A stretch of 64,000 nt of DNA. Origin: an uncultured Planctomycetales bacterium (GTDB lineage Bacteria > Omnitrophota > Gorgyraeia > Gygaellales > Profunditerraquicolaceae). The DNA lies in contig CAZRVK010000003.1 in NCBI GenBank assembly GCA_964603585.1, positions 67,693-131,692 on the forward strand, given 5' to 3'. Below are positions 27,001 to 27,539 of this stretch, in pieces; position 1 is the stretch's first letter, and every line of letters begins with the position of its first letter. The position numbers and the translations under genes are program-made. The notes beneath the pieces are model-generated. The model ran no database searches. It saw only the letters and a list, made by a program, of their open reading frames with translations, and had not been told where the DNA came from.

Positions 27001-27435
27001 TCTAACCTTAAATTGGCAAGAAAAAACTTAGCAAGGTTCGGTTTGGAACATTTTGCCAGGTTTTTCGTTCCGGGGGATCTTTTTGATCCGGCAATTGAAA
27101 ACGGGGTTAAATTCAATGTGGTTATTTTTAATCCTCCTTGGTGGAAAGGTCTGCCGGCCAATGACGCACAACGCGCCCGGATTGACCCCGGAGAGCTTAT
27201 CCACAGGTTTTTCCAGCAGGTGATGCGGGTCGCGGATAAAGATGATTTCCACATCGTTTTCATTTATGGAACGCGCCGCAGCCGTATCCCGGCTGTTAGT
27301 ATGGCTGAACTGGGGCATCTTATTGAAAAAAACGGTTTTGTATTTGCAAAAACACATTTTCATTTTCCGGATAATGGATATAAGACCTGTGTTTACGTGC
27401 ATCAATTACGCCCGAAGGAACAGGCCCAGAGATAA
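16..27435 (+). CDS. Giant multidomain, membrane-associated mosaic protein (>=9139 aa). The reading frame is open to nt 1, so the 5' end is probably outside the window
   Basis: Stop-free frame of 27.4 kb (chance expectation is about one stop per 21 codons at this GC). The same frame contains many recognisable domains (sigma-70 r2/r4, GNAT, CPBP, alpha/beta hydrolase, trypsin-like, TrmB-like, transglutaminase-like, CheB-like, HTH-XRE, GH13-like, ELFV-dehydrogenase-like, NPPW methyltransferase). Flanking genes use TAA/TAG/TGA as stops. The first codon listed (TTG at 16) is only the first start-like codon; codons 1..15 in this frame contain no stop. The frame terminates with TAA at 27433..27435. 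Confidence 0.85.
   Translation: [9139 protein letters not shown]
1440..1920 (+). other. Cluster of about 4 predicted TM helices followed by a highly charged K/R/E-rich (coiled-coil-like) segment within the giant ORF
   Basis: Hydrophobic stretches [47 protein letters not shown] and [16 protein letters not shown], then [43 protein letters not shown]. Confidence 0.5.
3525..4410 (+). other. Sigma-70-like module 1 (regions 1.2/2-4) embedded in the giant ORF
   Basis: [16 protein letters not shown]...[44 protein letters not shown] matches sigma-70 region 2 (the FSTYAxWWIRQAI hallmark). [22 protein letters not shown] matches the region 4.2 HTH. Confidence 0.8.
4540..4690 (+). repeat. Copy 1 of a protein-level repeat module: hydrophobic helix + (Q)SPRGPPQDK + GFPLSGLTP
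   Basis: [51 protein letters not shown]. The SPRGPP codons lie at 4609..4626. Confidence 0.6.
4766..5160 (+). other. GNAT-like acetyltransferase domain 1
   Basis: [36 protein letters not shown] resembles the GNAT motif A (R/Q-x-x-G-x-G/A) followed by the C-terminal helix. Confidence 0.5.
5350..5440 (+). repeat. Copy 2 of the TM-helix + NPRGPP module
   Basis: [29 protein letters not shown]. The NPRGPP codons lie at 5419..5436 and match copy 3 at 17/18 nt. Confidence 0.6.
5560..5900 (+). other. GNAT acetyltransferase domain 2
   Basis: [84 protein letters not shown] is a classic GNAT motif A/B arrangement. Confidence 0.7.
6190..6390 (+). other. Possible third, degenerate GNAT-like segment
   Basis: [26 protein letters not shown]. 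Only motif-A-like similarity. Confidence 0.3.
7700..8000 (+). other. CPBP/CAAX-protease (Abi) family intramembrane metalloprotease domain
   Basis: All three CPBP motifs are present in order: EEIAFR (EExxxR), FSLTHF (FxxxH) and HMANN (HxxxN), within hydrophobic helices. Confidence 0.75.
8190..8285 (+). repeat. Copy 3 of the TM-helix + NPRGPP(QDK) module
   Basis: [33 protein letters not shown]. The NPRGPP codons lie at 8257..8274. Confidence 0.6.
8525..8830 (+). other. Response-regulator receiver (REC)-like domain
   Basis: [61 protein letters not shown] follows the pattern of beta1 acidic pair (LVLDD) ... phospho-acceptor-like D in VVTDLDL. Confidence 0.45.
8830..12600 (+). other. Long polytopic membrane region (more than 12 predicted TM helices). 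It contains a 4th, partial copy of the repeat module ([29 protein letters not shown], about 9440..9560)
   Basis: Numerous 18-24 aa hydrophobic stretches, e.g. [114 protein letters not shown]. Confidence 0.5.
12672..13320 (+). other. Alpha/beta-hydrolase fold domain
   Basis: [10 protein letters not shown] (oxyanion HG), [11 protein letters not shown] (G-x-S-x-G nucleophile elbow), ...GSGDVVIP (acid) ...[10 protein letters not shown] (His). Confidence 0.8.
14461..14730 (+). other. HEAT/PBS-lyase-like repeats
   Basis: [15 protein letters not shown] ... [14 protein letters not shown] ... [14 protein letters not shown] show a repeated (R/A)xAAxxALgxxg pattern. Confidence 0.4.
15775..16260 (+). 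other. Trypsin-like (chymotrypsin-fold, DegS/HtrA-like) serine protease domain
   Basis: LLTNTHVV (His), FTDIAVLAI (Asp), [21 protein letters not shown] (GDSGSP serine motif). The triad is complete and in canonical order. Confidence 0.8.
16525..17040 (+). other. TrmB-like (tRNA m7G46-type) class I SAM methyltransferase domain
   Basis: [31 protein letters not shown] aligns with TrmB [42 protein letters not shown] aligns with [25 protein letters not shown] aligns with LQLGGVFHMATDW. The FPDPWHK motif is degenerate here (ALNPRHD), so the domain may be catalytically altered. Confidence 0.7.
17368..17590 (+). other. Transglutaminase-like / papain-like cysteine protease core
   Basis: [23 protein letters not shown] (Cys + GIPAR-like segment) ... 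[12 protein letters not shown] (His) ... ALYIDAAYG (Asp) has the spacing of the Transglut_core C-H-D triad. Confidence 0.55.
17923..18470 (+). other. CheB-like methylesterase domain
   Basis: [15 protein letters not shown] aligns with CheB IAIGASTGGTEAI (Ser). VIVVKHC aligns with LLITQHMP (His). [34 protein letters not shown] aligns with [34 protein letters not shown] (Asp). Confidence 0.75.
18640..19100 (+). other. Two tandem HTH-XRE (Cro/C1-type) DNA-binding domains
   Basis: [28 protein letters not shown]...[14 protein letters not shown] and [30 protein letters not shown]...[16 protein letters not shown]. A possible third lies at about 19150..19330 ([16 protein letters not shown]...[15 protein letters not shown]). 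Confidence 0.6.
20430..21290 (+). other. Sigma-70-like module 2 (regions 1.2/2-4, with an insertion of about 25 aa in region 4)
   Basis: [47 protein letters not shown]...[39 protein letters not shown] (region 2) and [11 protein letters not shown]...[25 protein letters not shown] (region 4.2). Confidence 0.8.
21913..22470 (+). other. GH13 (alpha-amylase family) catalytic-core-like domain
   Basis: [39 protein letters not shown] (GG..L.e.ldyl. + region I DAVFNH-like), [17 protein letters not shown] (region II GFDGFRxDAA with the nucleophile Asp), [10 protein letters not shown] (region III, acid/base Glu). Confidence 0.6.
23990..24460 (+). other. Glu/Leu/Phe/Val-dehydrogenase-like NAD(P)-binding (Rossmann) domain
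   Basis: [13 protein letters not shown] aligns with [54 protein letters not shown] aligns with [39 protein letters not shown]. No convincing N-terminal catalytic half. Confidence 0.55.
26840..27300 (+). other. C-terminal class I SAM methyltransferase domain of the N6-adenine / HemK (PrmC)-like type with NPPW motif
   Basis: [17 protein letters not shown] (motif I) ... [11 protein letters not shown] (motif IV, NPPW). Confidence 0.75.
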
Positions 27436-27539
27436 GGCCGGAGCCCCGGGTTGGAAGAAATAAATAACAGGGCATTTAATTCAGGATAGTTTATGATACA
27501 TTAGATTATGAGATAAGGATTACTAAAAAGGAGGCGCAA

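Noticed and set aside
26604-27263. 219-aa minus-strand ORF (and many others of 60-160 aa, e.g. 24120..24596, 19204..19617, 5736..6158, 7065..7463) lying antisense within the giant ORF
   Set aside because: They are fully embedded antisense to a frame with strong domain homology. They have S/R/P/C-rich low-complexity translations typical of antisense artefacts, no RBS and no recognisable domains.
16-27435. Possibility that the giant frame reflects stop-codon reassignment or a different genetic code
   Set aside because: Genes immediately downstream terminate with TAG (28244), TAA (29671, 39669, 41396, 45418) and TGA (31422, 47251), and the other five frames of the same region are full of stops.
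16-27435. Possibility that the giant ORF is several adjacent genes that merely lack stops
   Set aside because: Twenty-plus junctions all losing their stop while remaining in one frame is implausible without selection. Domain boundaries are bridged by TM helices and repeat modules rather than intergenic-like sequence. It cannot be fully excluded without expression data, so it is kept as a check in the findings.
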